A program made the position numbers and the translations under genes. Source: a virus (lineage: Duplodnaviria; Caudoviricetes). Taken from it: DNA of 31,472 bases. The notes under the pieces are model-generated. The model made no database searches. It was not told where the DNA came from and saw only the letters and a list, made by a program, of their open reading frames with translations. Positions 15,982-25,794 of this stretch are shown in pieces. The stretch lies in IMG/VR virus record IMGVR_UViG_3300037424_001374, positions 1-31,472 of that record, one strand, 5' to 3'. The stretch's first letter is position 1. Each line of letters opens with the position of its first letter.

Positions 15982-18900
15982 TTATGATGGATTGCTATCA
16001 TCAATAATTGGCCTGGCCTTTGAGTCACCACCTGGATTTCTCACATCATCAATAGTACCATCAACAATATCAATTAAGTTTGTCTTATCAAAGTTGAATA
16101 CCTCGTCTTCACCACCATCAATTATCACAATACCAGCGGCCAATATATTACCATCCTGAGTTATCTTCATATCACCAAAGTAAATGGCACCAGACTCATT
16201 AGCAGTAATACCACTACCAATAACAATTGACCCAGTTACATTCTTTGAGATTGTACTATTATCACCAATAATCATTCTGCTTTTTGAGCCTGCAGGAACA
16301 TAGTTATTTCTACCAGATGTCTTAACTCCAATTGTATTATTTGAGTTACCATCTTTTCCTTGAGATACTGGACCAGTTGGGTCACTTATTCCTGGCTTGG
16401 TTCCACCACCAGAACCACCACCAAATGGAAGATGTGGAAGTTGTGGGCTTGCATCTTCAGATGGATAATCTGGTTTTCCTGGTCCACCTCCCCAAGGAGT
16501 TTCTTGAACAGCGTGACAAATACCATTTATAAACACACCACCAAATGACCTACAACAATCTTCTGTAACCTCAAGTCCACTTGCTGAAACATAAACAGAA
16601 CCATACTTGCTGTCTGGTTTAGGTATTAAAGCAATCATATCTGGCGGACAATGTTGTGTAGATGTGGGGGTTTCAATCAAGTTTGGAGATACAATATTAA
16701 TGTCAATCAACTTGAAAAGAATTACCTTTGTAAGTGAGTCAGAACCAACTGGATTGTAGTCAACAATTTTATTAACTCTCCAGTATGAACCATTCAAGAA
16801 TATAATATCCCTAAAGTCAAACTGAGCAATATCTTGAGGAGTTAAATAAAAGTATGCCTCAAGTAACCTTGAATTAACATCAACAATGCTATTTAGAGTT
16901 CTCTTGTGGAATTCTTCATATAACGTTTTTGTTGTAACCATTGGAGATGACCAATACCTCTTATCAACCATACCAAATCCAAGGTCGTGTTCTGGACTTG
17001 TTGGATGGTCCCACATTCCTACATAAGGATAAACATTATACTGAGCATAAACACTTGACTGATGGTTCATCAATAAATAGTTATTTGAAGGAAGCGCACC
17101 TTTATAAAATAATATCCTTGCGTTTGTTTTCTTTGGTTTGAATCCTTCATCATCCTTGTCAACAAAGAATGGGGCAACCCTTCCATTTATATATTTGTCA
17201 GCATTTGGTGTTGGTGAAAATATTAACTCTGTCTTGTTTGTTACATCAGAAAAGTCATTAATTACATCAATCTTAATCTCTCCATAAATCTTACCAGTCT
17301 CATCAGTATATTCAGTATTATAATAATCACCATCCTTTTTATATGTATAAAAATAAGTCCTTGCATCAAGCTCAGACATAGGGGTGATTTTAATTGGAGA
17401 ATCATTATCTAACTTCAAGTTCCAATCCTTTATTAAAGGTTTTGAATCAAAGAAATCATCTCTTGGTTCAATGATTAAATCATTCTCCTTATTTGGATTG
17501 TCCATAACAATCAAATTAAACATTCTGATTATGTCCAATAAGAAGTCTTTCATCTTCATTTTATCTGGAAGAGTTTGTGATAGGTTTATAAGTTCGTCAC
17601 CAAAAGACTCGTTAGATGCTGGCTCCACAGTAAACTTAGTGAATGCACCATCTAATGATTGTTTAAAGGTAAGAGCAGCCCTGTGTTTGTTATCAGATAC
17701 TCCTTGCCACTTAACTGCAGAAGGATACCTGAATCCAAATCTAACAACAATCTTGTCACCTGGTTGCATAAACAAATCATCAGCAGACATTTGAAATAAC
17801 AATGGATTGTCAATATCATACCAAGGAGATGCGTGAGTTCCAGCTGATGGGTTGAATAACTGTACACCATAAATATCCAATGGGTCATCTGGGTCCTTTG
17901 AAGAGTCAATTTCAATTGAACCTCCACCACCAGCTTTAACAAGGAACATTTGATAACGATATTCGAAGTTACCTTCCTTATGTTCCATATCATTCTTGTT
18001 ATTATCGTGAGTTACTTTAAGAATAAGTTTACCATCCATTCTCACATTGTATCTACCAGCTTTATTGCAAGTGTAAATACCAGAACTGTTCCAAGAACCA
18101 CCCTCATCTTTAAATTCAAAATAATTACCACCATCAATAACATCACCTGACTCTCTTGGAAGGCCAATGTAATATGAACCATATCCCCAAGATGAATCAT
18201 TATAAAACCAGTCAGTTCCTCTCGAACGTGTTGGCGTAATTTGAACATATGATGAAGAAGCGTTAACACCAACGTGTACAGTTCTTTGACTTATTTCTTC
18301 ATCACTTAACTGAAGTTTGTCTCCAGTATAAGGAAGAATTAAAGCTCTAAAGTAATCTGATTGAAAGAACTCAGAACTATATGTAAATCCAGCAAAATCA
18401 AACAAAGAATCAACAATTGTTTTTATGTATGTTGCTGGATATAAATCATAGACATATGTTTTGTTATAGATGTCATCAGAGTTACCATTAATAATATAAG
18501 GATATACATATCCCCTACCCTTATCAAAATAAGTCTCAGTGAGCACCCCATTCTCCATAACTCTCCAGGCCCAGCTCTCAGTCTCTGCTGTTGCATTTCT
18601 GATATGATTCCACTTATCAAGATTTAAGTCACGAAGTGTATAGTCCTCTATTGACTTCATAATATCCTTAAGTGAACCAAGTATAATTACATCATAATCA
18701 ATTTGCTTATTCTTATTATAGATATTTGCCAACCTTAAATAACCATTGAATATTTCATTGTCACCAACTCTAATAATAGCTGGCATTCTCTTATTTGGGT
18801 TGAAGGATATATTATCAATATTTACATCAAATATCTGATTGAAGAATTCATTGTTCTTTGGTGTTCCAGGAATCTTTATTGTTTTTGAGAACGAAGTATT

Positions 18901-19011
18901 CCTTTTAGATATATCAAGTATGTCTTGAATCTGATAATTAAGAGAAATATCAGACTCTTCATAAGTATCAAGTTCAAGACCACTAACTACTATTGAGTAT
19001 TTATTGTTCAT
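15982..19011 (-). CDS. Large tail-tip or baseplate hub protein
   Basis: 1009 aa; DISKRNTSFSKTIKIPGTPKNNEFF N-terminus and IFLNGSYWRVNKIVDYNP typical of tail-tip proteins. Confidence 0.75.
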   Translation of the reverse strand: MNNKYSIVVSGLELDTYEESDISLNYQIQDILDISKRNTSFSKTIKIPGTPKNNEFFNQIFDVNIDNISFNPNKRMPAIIRVGDNEIFNGYLRLANIYNKNKQIDYDVIILGSLKDIMKSIEDYTLRDLNLDKWNHIRNATAETESWAWRVMENGVLTETYFDKGRGYVYPYIINGNSDDIYNKTYVYDLYPATYIKTIVDSLFDFAGFTYSSEFFQSDYFRALILPYTGDKLQLSDEEISQRTVHVGVNASSSYVQITPTRSRGTDWFYNDSSWGYGSYYIGLPRESGDVIDGGNYFEFKDEGGSWNSSGIYTCNKAGRYNVRMDGKLILKVTHDNNKNDMEHKEGNFEYRYQMFLVKAGGGGSIEIDSSKDPDDPLDIYGVQLFNPSAGTHASPWYDIDNPLLFQMSADDLFMQPGDKIVVRFGFRYPSAVKWQGVSDNKHRAALTFKQSLDGAFTKFTVEPASNESFGDELINLSQTLPDKMKMKDFLLDIIRMFNLIVMDNPNKENDLIIEPRDDFFDSKPLIKDWNLKLDNDSPIKITPMSELDARTYFYTYKKDGDYYNTEYTDETGKIYGEIKIDVINDFSDVTNKTELIFSPTPNADKYINGRVAPFFVDKDDEGFKPKKTNARILFYKGALPSNNYLLMNHQSSVYAQYNVYPYVGMWDHPTSPEHDLGFGMVDKRYWSSPMVTTKTLYEEFHKRTLNSIVDVNSRLLEAYFYLTPQDIAQFDFRDIIFLNGSYWRVNKIVDYNPVGSDSLTKVILFKLIDINIVSPNLIETPTSTQHCPPDMIALIPKPDSKYGSVYVSASGLEVTEDCCRSFGGVFINGICHAVQETPWGGGPGKPDYPSEDASPQLPHLPFGGGSGGGTKPGISDPTGPVSQGKDGNSNNTIGVKTSGRNNYVPAGSKSRMIIGDNSTISKNVTGSIVIGSGITANESGAIYFGDMKITQDGNILAAGIVIIDGGEDEVFNFDKTNLIDIVDGTIDDVRNPGGDSKARPIIDDSNPS

Positions 19012-19014
19012 ATA

Positions 19015-21186
19015 TTAAAATCTATTTTCATTAATTGAAGCTGATACCTCAAATCTATAGTTCCACAAGTAATCGCTTTGTTTCTTTTTAAACTGCATAT
19101 CCTTGTTAATGATATTGGCACCAATTAAAGTTCCATCTGGAAGTTGTAGGTAAACACTTACTGACTTTAATAAGTCTTTTATTAGACTGTTTTCAAACTC
19201 CTCAACCCATCCTGAGTTAAGTACATACTTATCTCTGCTTCTAATAAAGAAACTCTTTTGACCTCTACCAAAAGTGTCATATCCAAATGTATTGTTTGAT
19301 AGGTTCCAGGTTCCTTCTGATTTATAGTAATCCTTCCTTTCTACTTCTGTTCTATCTTCAGAGATATACTTAAATGGATATGATAACCAAGAGCCTTTAC
19401 CATCTTTCCACATCAAATGTAAAATGTCATATCTTGAGCAATCATCATTTACCTCAAAGTAAATTGAGTTTGTATTACCTGTATTCTTTTCGGCAAGTTC
19501 TACTGTGTAATAATCAACACTATCAACAACAGAAGATAATGCGGAACCAGATAAAAGAGTTGTATTTGTACAAGCAGTTATCTGATTAATTCCAACAGGA
19601 AAATAATAATCAAAATATGAACTATGATTGATTATATTAATATACTCAGCTCCAAATACTCCTGCAGATACATAAGGTGTGTTTACAGTAATTGATGTTG
19701 ATGAGTTAACTTGTATAACAGTTGCAAATCCATTATAATAAGCTGGACCATCTACAACCTCAATCAAGTCACCAACTGATAATCCGTGAGTTGAAAATAG
19801 GTTAAGCCTAAGGTCACCACCATTGTTCGCATAGTTATTAATGTTAATTGCAGATGCTACTGTTGTATTATAATCAATCTTAGTTACTGAAAGCAAATTG
19901 TTTGCGGAATCATAAAATGAGAACCTTGGCTCCCATAATCCCCCATAAGTATGTGCAAGCAACCAACTCTTTGTTGTTGGCTCAATTCTAAATTTAGAAG
20001 TACCAGACAAAATTGTTGATATGTTATTTGAAGATGAACCTCTCTTTTGAACCACAAATTGGTCAAACTGTGTAGTTGTATAACCATAGTCAAGTGTATC
20101 AATTCTTGCATTATAAATGCTTACACCAGTTATAGATAAGTCATTGATTGTTTCTGTCTTTTTATTGTTAATCAATCTCATCTGACCTGGTATTGGTTGT
20201 GATGCTGCTCCGAATGGAATATCAGTTACAATCACAACACCATAAGTTGCATCCCAGTATATATCTGTGATTGTTGCTGTTGTATTATACTCTGGCCTTG
20301 GCACACCAAATATTGAACCTGGCTCTGCAGGAGTTGATGTGTTGAATTGTTTCCACACAGTAAATGCATATGTATCAACAACCGTTCTTACAGTTGTATA
20401 ACCATTATAATGTGGTGCAGTTATCTGACCAGTTACATTAACTGTCTGTCCAGTCAAGAATGAATGAGGAGTTGAACCTGTGAACCCAAGTTGACCCGAA
20501 TAAAAGAAGTTGTCATTATATTCCCATTCCCATAAATATTGTTCTATAACTACCTGGTCTCCAATTTGAAACGGTAATGTAGTTGCAGTATAGGTTGAAG
20601 GTAGTGAAGAATTCCAGAAGCTTGCATATCCTGATTCAAATCCATTGTCTTCAAACTCAAATATGTAATTACTTTCTTGTCCAAGCAAAAGGTCAAATTG
20701 GAATCTTGTGTTGGGTCCTTCAAATATATCATTTACATCAGATAGATTTTCTGTAACCAAATCTTTAAGTGTATTTGATAGGTCAAGTTTTGCCTCACCT
20801 TCAATGTCTGGACTCATCTTATATTTAATTACCTTATAGCAAGTGCAAGCTCCAAGTGGTGCTCCAAGAACAAGGTTTATTACAACGCTTGTTGATGATG
20901 GGGTTGACATTACATTGTAGTAACCTTGATATTCTCCAGATGTATCATCTAATAGAATTGTGTCTCCAATCTCAAATGAGTGAGCTTCAGTGAATGTAAT
21001 TTGAGTATAAGTGTTTGGACCATAAACTATATTCTGACTTGAAGATAATGTTGATGCACTATATACAATATTAGTAACATATTTGAAATAGTCATACAAT
21101 TGTGAATCACTTGAGGAAATCCTAAGTGGTACTGATGAATATGCTGCCATATAATCATATGGCACTGTCAATGCTGAATAGCTCAT
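19015..21186 (-). CDS. Distal tail or structural protein with repeated inserted beta domains
   Basis: Repeats AHSFEIGDTILL, PFQIGDQVVI, PHSFLTGQTVNV, THGLSVGDLIEV; C-terminal WKDGKGSW..LNSGWV. Confidence 0.65.
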   Translation of the reverse strand: MSYSALTVPYDYMAAYSSVPLRISSSDSQLYDYFKYVTNIVYSASTLSSSQNIVYGPNTYTQITFTEAHSFEIGDTILLDDTSGEYQGYYNVMSTPSSTSVVINLVLGAPLGACTCYKVIKYKMSPDIEGEAKLDLSNTLKDLVTENLSDVNDIFEGPNTRFQFDLLLGQESNYIFEFEDNGFESGYASFWNSSLPSTYTATTLPFQIGDQVVIEQYLWEWEYNDNFFYSGQLGFTGSTPHSFLTGQTVNVTGQITAPHYNGYTTVRTVVDTYAFTVWKQFNTSTPAEPGSIFGVPRPEYNTTATITDIYWDATYGVVIVTDIPFGAASQPIPGQMRLINNKKTETINDLSITGVSIYNARIDTLDYGYTTTQFDQFVVQKRGSSSNNISTILSGTSKFRIEPTTKSWLLAHTYGGLWEPRFSFYDSANNLLSVTKIDYNTTVASAININNYANNGGDLRLNLFSTHGLSVGDLIEVVDGPAYYNGFATVIQVNSSTSITVNTPYVSAGVFGAEYINIINHSSYFDYYFPVGINQITACTNTTLLSGSALSSVVDSVDYYTVELAEKNTGNTNSIYFEVNDDCSRYDILHLMWKDGKGSWLSYPFKYISEDRTEVERKDYYKSEGTWNLSNNTFGYDTFGRGQKSFFIRSRDKYVLNSGWVEEFENSLIKDLLKSVSVYLQLPDGTLIGANIINKDMQFKKKQSDYLWNYRFEVSASINENRF

Positions 21187-21644
21187 TACTTTTTATTATT
21201 TAATGTTTCTAATTGTTCAATAACTATCTTCTCAATATTGTTCATAACATTGTCTTCAAGTTCATCAAACACCTTTCCGTTCATTACTGCTCTATCTGTT
21301 TTCTCATATATGTTTGAAGGTTTAATTCCAAACTTATAAATGGATTTTGCTATTGGGAATGCCGCATCTTTTGAAATGCCTTTTATGCTTGCCCAGTTTG
21401 CAATCTCTCTAATTGGAGGGAAACTACCTGGCCTTCTACCTTCATCAACATACTTAAAGTAATCCTCTGCCAAGAATGTCATATTAACAGAATTTACTTC
21501 ATCTGATAATCTGTAGTCCAAAGAATTAATAAGTCTACCTGTAGCCTGCTTTCTTGATTGTCTCAAAAACTTAATTAGTTCCTTGATATAATCATCACCA
21601 AACCTACGTTTATTCTTCTCATTAAGTAATTCAAAATTCTCCAT
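21186..21644 (-). CDS. Neck or tail completion protein (HK97 gp10-like)
   Basis: ATGRLINSL, YVDEGRRPG..PP, IAKSIYKFGIKP. Confidence 0.7.
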   Translation of the reverse strand: MENFELLNEKNKRRFGDDYIKELIKFLRQSRKQATGRLINSLDYRLSDEVNSVNMTFLAEDYFKYVDEGRRPGSFPPIREIANWASIKGISKDAAFPIAKSIYKFGIKPSNIYEKTDRAVMNGKVFDELEDNVMNNIEKIVIEQLETLNNKK

Positions 21645-21645
21645 A

Positions 21646-22134
21646 TTAATTTGGTATTGAGCAGTTTACGTGAGTTAATTTAAGTGTTACTTCACCTACC
21701 CATCCATTAACTTTGTCTGGAGTTTCATCAAATGCAGGATATACTCTAACATCTTCAGCAATCATAATTCCTCTTGATGTCCAATTTGTATTCATTTCTG
21801 TGATGCAGTCTTGTAGGTATTGGAATGTATCTGATATAACCTCTTGTCCATTGTTTGAATCTTGACCATTAATATTCTGGTAATTACTTTGTATATTAAC
21901 TTGGTCCATAAATAAAAGAACGAACTTAAGTTCTGGTATCTGGGTTTTGTTTGTAATTCTAATGTATGAATCAGACTGATGGCTAACCCACATATATGGG
22001 AATGTCATTTGCTTTGATACTCCTACTTCTGATGTTGGACCATATCCGAATGATTTAAGTTGTTCGTGTGTATTAACGAAATCTTCGAAGTATCCAAGAA
22101 TCTGATTTATTGTAACTATTTGTGTTGTTGCCAT
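21646..22134 (-). CDS. Putative tail terminator protein
   Basis: 162 aa; FPYMWV and DKVNGWVGEVTL; inferred from position and family pattern. Confidence 0.55.
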   Translation of the reverse strand: MATTQIVTINQILGYFEDFVNTHEQLKSFGYGPTSEVGVSKQMTFPYMWVSHQSDSYIRITNKTQIPELKFVLLFMDQVNIQSNYQNINGQDSNNGQEVISDTFQYLQDCITEMNTNWTSRGIMIAEDVRVYPAFDETPDKVNGWVGEVTLKLTHVNCSIPN

Positions 22135-22136
22135 TA

Positions 22137-22936
22137 TTATTGTTTTGATAAAGCTTCAAGAACTTTGCCTCTCTCGTAGAAATAAGCTTGCCAGTTCAAG
22201 ACACTTATGTAATTCATTTTAAATACTTCTTTCTCAGTTATGTTTAGATTATCAATCATCATATGTATTATCTGATGCCACTTCCATTTGGGGTTCATCT
22301 TTGTTGGTCCATTGATGTCTTCAAATCTACTTTTCTTTTCCTTCTTTATTGGCTTTGGTTTTCCAAAGATTCCTTCATATTGCTTATGGATGAATCTCCT
22401 CCATTCGAAAAAAAAAGGAATATGTCATTTACATCAGCAATGCTAACCTTCTTAAAGCTCTCAGCTCTTTCCATAAAACTCTTTTTAAAGCTCTCAAGCT
22501 TTCCATTCTCTTTTTTCTTTCTAAGGAACAAGCAAAGCATATCTGGCATAACTGTCATCAACTTTCCATCTGCCTTCTCCATCAATATTTCTAAACTTAT
22601 AACTTCACCCATTGTAAGCTTATTGAAATCCTTATAAAGGAAATACTCCTCACCATCAACTGTAATAGAATCAACATTGGTTCCTTCAACATCCTTGTTG
22701 GTAAATTCAATAATCTCAGCCACCTTATTAAACTCCACTGGTGTCATCATCATAAGTGAATCAGAATCAATACCAGTCATTAAACTTACAGACTCAACTG
22801 TAAGTTCAATTGGAGTAAATGCTTCTCTGTCAATGCCCCATATCTTTGAGAACGTATCAACAGACACTTCATTCCAAGACTCTGGTAAATCAAATGTCCT
22901 TGCTTCACCATCAATTTCTAAATTTAGAGTAATCAT
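22137..22936 (-). CDS. Tail assembly chaperone, -1 frameshifted long form (gpGT-like, about 266 aa)
   Basis: T9 run at 22408-22416; the -1 frame is open for 90 codons to TAA at 22139-22137, ending next to the downstream ATG. Confidence 0.8.
22346..22936 (-). CDS. Tail assembly chaperone, short form (gpG-like)
   Basis: 196 aa acidic; LPESWNEVS, FNKLTMGEVISLE; slippery FLFF near the C-terminus. Confidence 0.8.
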   Translation of the reverse strand: MITLNLEIDGEARTFDLPESWNEVSVDTFSKIWGIDREAFTPIELTVESVSLMTGIDSDSLMMMTPVEFNKVAEIIEFTNKDVEGTNVDSITVDGEEYFLYKDFNKLTMGEVISLEILMEKADGKLMTVMPDMLCLFLRKKKENGKLESFKKSFMERAESFKKVSIADVNDIFLFFSNGGDSSISNMKESLENQSQ

Positions 22937-22954
22937 ATTTTCCTACTTTTTTAT

Positions 22955-22981
22955 TATAAATATTATTTTTATGTTTTTGTT
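22955..22981 (-). promoter_or_regulatory. Candidate late promoter AACAAAA-N11-ATATTTATA
   Basis: Exact motif match upstream of the chaperone gene. Confidence 0.7.
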
Positions 22982-22987
22982 TTTGAG

Positions 22988-24301
22988 TTATCCAATCTTA
23001 AATGTCCTGGTTCCAACTTTCTTAAACTCAAAGTACATTCGATAGGCCATTGCATCTGAGAAGTCAGGAGAGCGACCAATCAACTTCTTTACCTCACCCT
23101 TATCAACCATTGAGAGCTTGCCAACAACATTGGTTGGTTGATGCCTTACCACTTGAAGTTCTTCAATCATCTCTTGCTTGTGAGAATCAAGCATACATTT
23201 CACTCGATTATCCCTGATAAGTTCCGCAAGTTTAAAATATAATTGGGTTTTAAGGTTCTTGTAGTTCTCATCCTTGAGTGCTCTTGCATTATTAACAATA
23301 GCCTTAGAATTCCTTAAGCGCTGCTCCAGGAATTTACCTACACCATCACTATCAAATGCTATCTGATATTGTGGAACATTATGCTCCTTGGCCAGAGCCA
23401 GAATAATATCCTCAATCTTTCCTGGAGGATTTACAATGATGTCTACAATGGTTAGTTCATCCCATACCATAATTACCATCTTATCAGAGGTAAATGCAAT
23501 ATCAGCTGTAATATACTTCTTGCCATCAATCTTCTTGGCACCATCCCAGATATTTATTATCTCATCATATGACATAAGAGAAGTGGGGTCATCATCATAC
23601 TCCCAGTTTCCGTGAAGCAATCTCTCTCTATCTGCAAATGGAAGTTTCTTGAGGTTATCAAGATAGCTTTGTGGAATATATGGGTTATCTGTTGGCAATG
23701 CTTGAACAAACTTCTGATATGGAAGAATGGTTCCATCAACACTTGGAAGATAGTAATTTCTATAGATGAAATTCTTTGAAGGGTTGCAGGTCATTATCAC
23801 AATAGGTTTAATGTTGAACTCCTCATTCTTCCATCTGCCAAGCCTTGTTTTAAATATCTGGAAGCCTCTCTCATCTACTTCACCAACCTCATCAATGCAT
23901 CCAAACGTCAATAGGTGTCCACCAAGCCTTGTATACTGAGGGTCACTTGGTTTGAATGATAACTCCAGAAGAATAATCTCTGAGTCATTATAGAACTTAA
24001 TAATACCAGCTGTTGAGTTGTATGTAAAATGCTCATCAGGAATCAATCCCCAATCTGCAGCTACCTCAAAGAATGATATAATTGTAGTTTTCTTTAAGTT
24101 AGTTAACTCATTACGTGCCAGTCCAATACGTGCTCCTGGGTATTCTAAAGCTTTAAGTATAATTAAAGCACATATACCGTAGCTTTTGGCTGACCCTGCC
24201 GAACCTCCATATAATATTTCTGTTGTAATATCATCATCAAAGTATTCAAAAATAAGGTCCTGCTTAACAGTTGGTTGAAAGTTAATCTCCAGACTTGTCA
24301 T
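22988..24301 (-). CDS. terL: Terminase large subunit (start moved to ATG 24301)
   Basis: Walker A YGGSAGSAKS, Walker B GCIDEVGE, MTCNP coupling motif, RNase H-like ITADIA and SPDFSDA. Confidence 0.93.
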   Translation of the reverse strand: MTSLEINFQPTVKQDLIFEYFDDDITTEILYGGSAGSAKSYGICALIILKALEYPGARIGLARNELTNLKKTTIISFFEVAADWGLIPDEHFTYNSTAGIIKFYNDSEIILLELSFKPSDPQYTRLGGHLLTFGCIDEVGEVDERGFQIFKTRLGRWKNEEFNIKPIVIMTCNPSKNFIYRNYYLPSVDGTILPYQKFVQALPTDNPYIPQSYLDNLKKLPFADRERLLHGNWEYDDDPTSLMSYDEIINIWDGAKKIDGKKYITADIAFTSDKMVIMVWDELTIVDIIVNPPGKIEDIILALAKEHNVPQYQIAFDSDGVGKFLEQRLRNSKAIVNNARALKDENYKNLKTQLYFKLAELIRDNRVKCMLDSHKQEMIEELQVVRHQPTNVVGKLSMVDKGEVKKLIGRSPDFSDAMAYRMYFEFKKVGTRTFKIG

Positions 24302-24674
24302 TTGGTTTTGTGTAATTAATAGTAATTCCCTTGTGAACAATCTCAGACTTATCAGGTTCGTTATAACCGTGCATACGATTATATATCTCAATTGCTCGAA
24401 GAGCCTGAGAAGTATTGTATCCATCAAGCAGGAACTTTTGGATAACCATTGCCAGATTATCAGCAATATCATCTCTTGTCAATTTAGCAACAATTGACAT
24501 TTTGTTTTGTTCATCCTTTATAGCTGCTGCTACCTCAACATTCTTCAACAACCTCTGCCCTTGGCTATAAGCTGTTTTCTTGCTATATCCTGCACGTTCT
24601 GCTGCAGCTGTAGCATTCATATCAATGAGATATTCATCAATGAATTTAAGTTGCTTTGGTGTTAGTTTTGTCAT
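24282..24674 (-). CDS. terS: Terminase small subunit (start moved to ATG 24674)
   Basis: KLTPKQLKFIDEYLIDMNATAAAERAGYSKKTAYSQGQRLL is the canonical TerS HTH motif. Confidence 0.93.
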   Translation of the reverse strand: MTKLTPKQLKFIDEYLIDMNATAAAERAGYSKKTAYSQGQRLLKNVEVAAAIKDEQNKMSIVAKLTRDDIADNLAMVIQKFLLDGYNTSQALRAIEIYNRMHGYNEPDKSEIVHKGITINYTKPNDKSGD

Positions 24675-25008
24675 CTTTACATTTTTTTGAGCAGTATCTT
24701 TTTCTCTTGTCATCCAAGACAATTGAGCAGACAATGCATTTGTTTTGTTCTGGTTCCACAACAGAATTCAGAAGCATTTGTTTTCTATCTGATATTGTTG
24801 TGGCATTTTTCTCATAGAAATTAATTATTCTCTTATGAGAAAATTTAACTTGGCTGGAGCAGTGAGGGCATATTTGGCACTTAGAATCAATGTACTTGGT
24901 TGTAAAGTTTGCCATCCTTGAAACCTCAGCTGATTTAGCTTGGGTGAACTTTATGATTTGTTCTACTTCTCTTATATCCTCCAGTGGCATTTGTTCAATT
25001 GTCATCAT
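24646..25008 (-). CDS. Cys-rich putative zinc-binding protein
   Basis: CQICPHC and CIVC...YCSKKC. Confidence 0.7.
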   Translation of the reverse strand: MMTIEQMPLEDIREVEQIIKFTQAKSAEVSRMANFTTKYIDSKCQICPHCSSQVKFSHKRIINFYEKNATTISDRKQMLLNSVVEPEQNKCIVCSIVLDDKRKRYCSKKCKDDKTNTKAT

Positions 25009-25238
25009 AATTTTATGTTGTTAAGTTGAGAGTCAAATATGTGCGCCATAAGAGCAGCAACTGCTGAAGTATATGGGTCAAATGTCATTGCAAATGTTGC
25101 AAGAAATGTGATACATTTAAGGCATATGATTGAGTCAAATTTATGCACATTAATTTTATGAAGCATTGCTGTTGCTTGTGAGATAAGCACCCAGATAATT
25201 GAAAAGCTCATTAGTGCGTTTAATAATAGTTCTTCCAT
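25005..25238 (-). CDS. Small membrane protein with CxxC
   Basis: Hydrophobic segments flanking CLKC. Confidence 0.65.
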   Translation of the reverse strand: MEELLLNALMSFSIIWVLISQATAMLHKINVHKFDSIICLKCITFLATFAMTFDPYTSAVAALMAHIFDSQLNNIKL

Positions 25239-25239
25239 T

Positions 25240-25794
25240 TTATTTTATTTTGTATTGGTTTTTGGTTAGCTCTTCAGACATCTTTTTCTTGAAATCCTTT
25301 ATTGTTTTGAATACAACACAGTGGTCGATTCCATATAGTTTCTCTATTGCTCTAAATGTCATATTTTCATCATAATATAACCTGACCATCTCAGACTCAA
25401 ACCAGGTCATCTTAACATTCTCTCTGGCTAAGTATATAAATTGCATCATATCTTCTTTTATTTTTTTATCACCTATTGTTGAGACATCTTCTATTTCCAC
25501 CATATCAAGATTAAAATCATATGTCCCAAACTTATCTGATATTCTTTGCCTAACATTCAGATGGAATGGGCTGGATTTTGAATGTATCTGATTCTTTACT
25601 GCAGATATGAATAGATATTTGAACCAGCCTTCCTCATATGATTTAACAACCTTCTTTTTGTTTTTGTGAAATGATATTGCCAGCTCAGAAATAAGTTCGT
25701 TCTTTAGTTCGAGGTTTGGATAGAGCATATTATCCATTATCTCAGAATAAATGTTGCCAGGTTGTGCTATTTCAGATAATATTTTATTAATCAT
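25240..25794 (-). CDS. Sigma-70 region-4-like HTH protein (possible divergent ECF-like sigma)
   Basis: MTWFESEMVRLYYDENMTFRAIEKLYGIDHCVVFKTIK; N-terminal helical region with weak region-2 resemblance. Confidence 0.6.
   Translation of the reverse strand: MINKILSEIAQPGNIYSEIMDNMLYPNLELKNELISELAISFHKNKKKVVKSYEEGWFKYLFISAVKNQIHSKSSPFHLNVRQRISDKFGTYDFNLDMVEIEDVSTIGDKKIKEDMMQFIYLARENVKMTWFESEMVRLYYDENMTFRAIEKLYGIDHCVVFKTIKDFKKKMSEELTKNQYKIK

Noticed and set aside
5498-22963. T4-type late promoter TATAAATA on the plus strand
   Set aside because: It points away from the adjacent genes; the minus-strand reading with the fixed-distance AACAAAA element fits better
24302-24472. N-terminal extension of terL, and similar extensions of terS, sigma and ORF 5244-5534
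   Set aside because: The extensions overlap upstream genes or promoter motifs; recognisable domains begin at later ATGs
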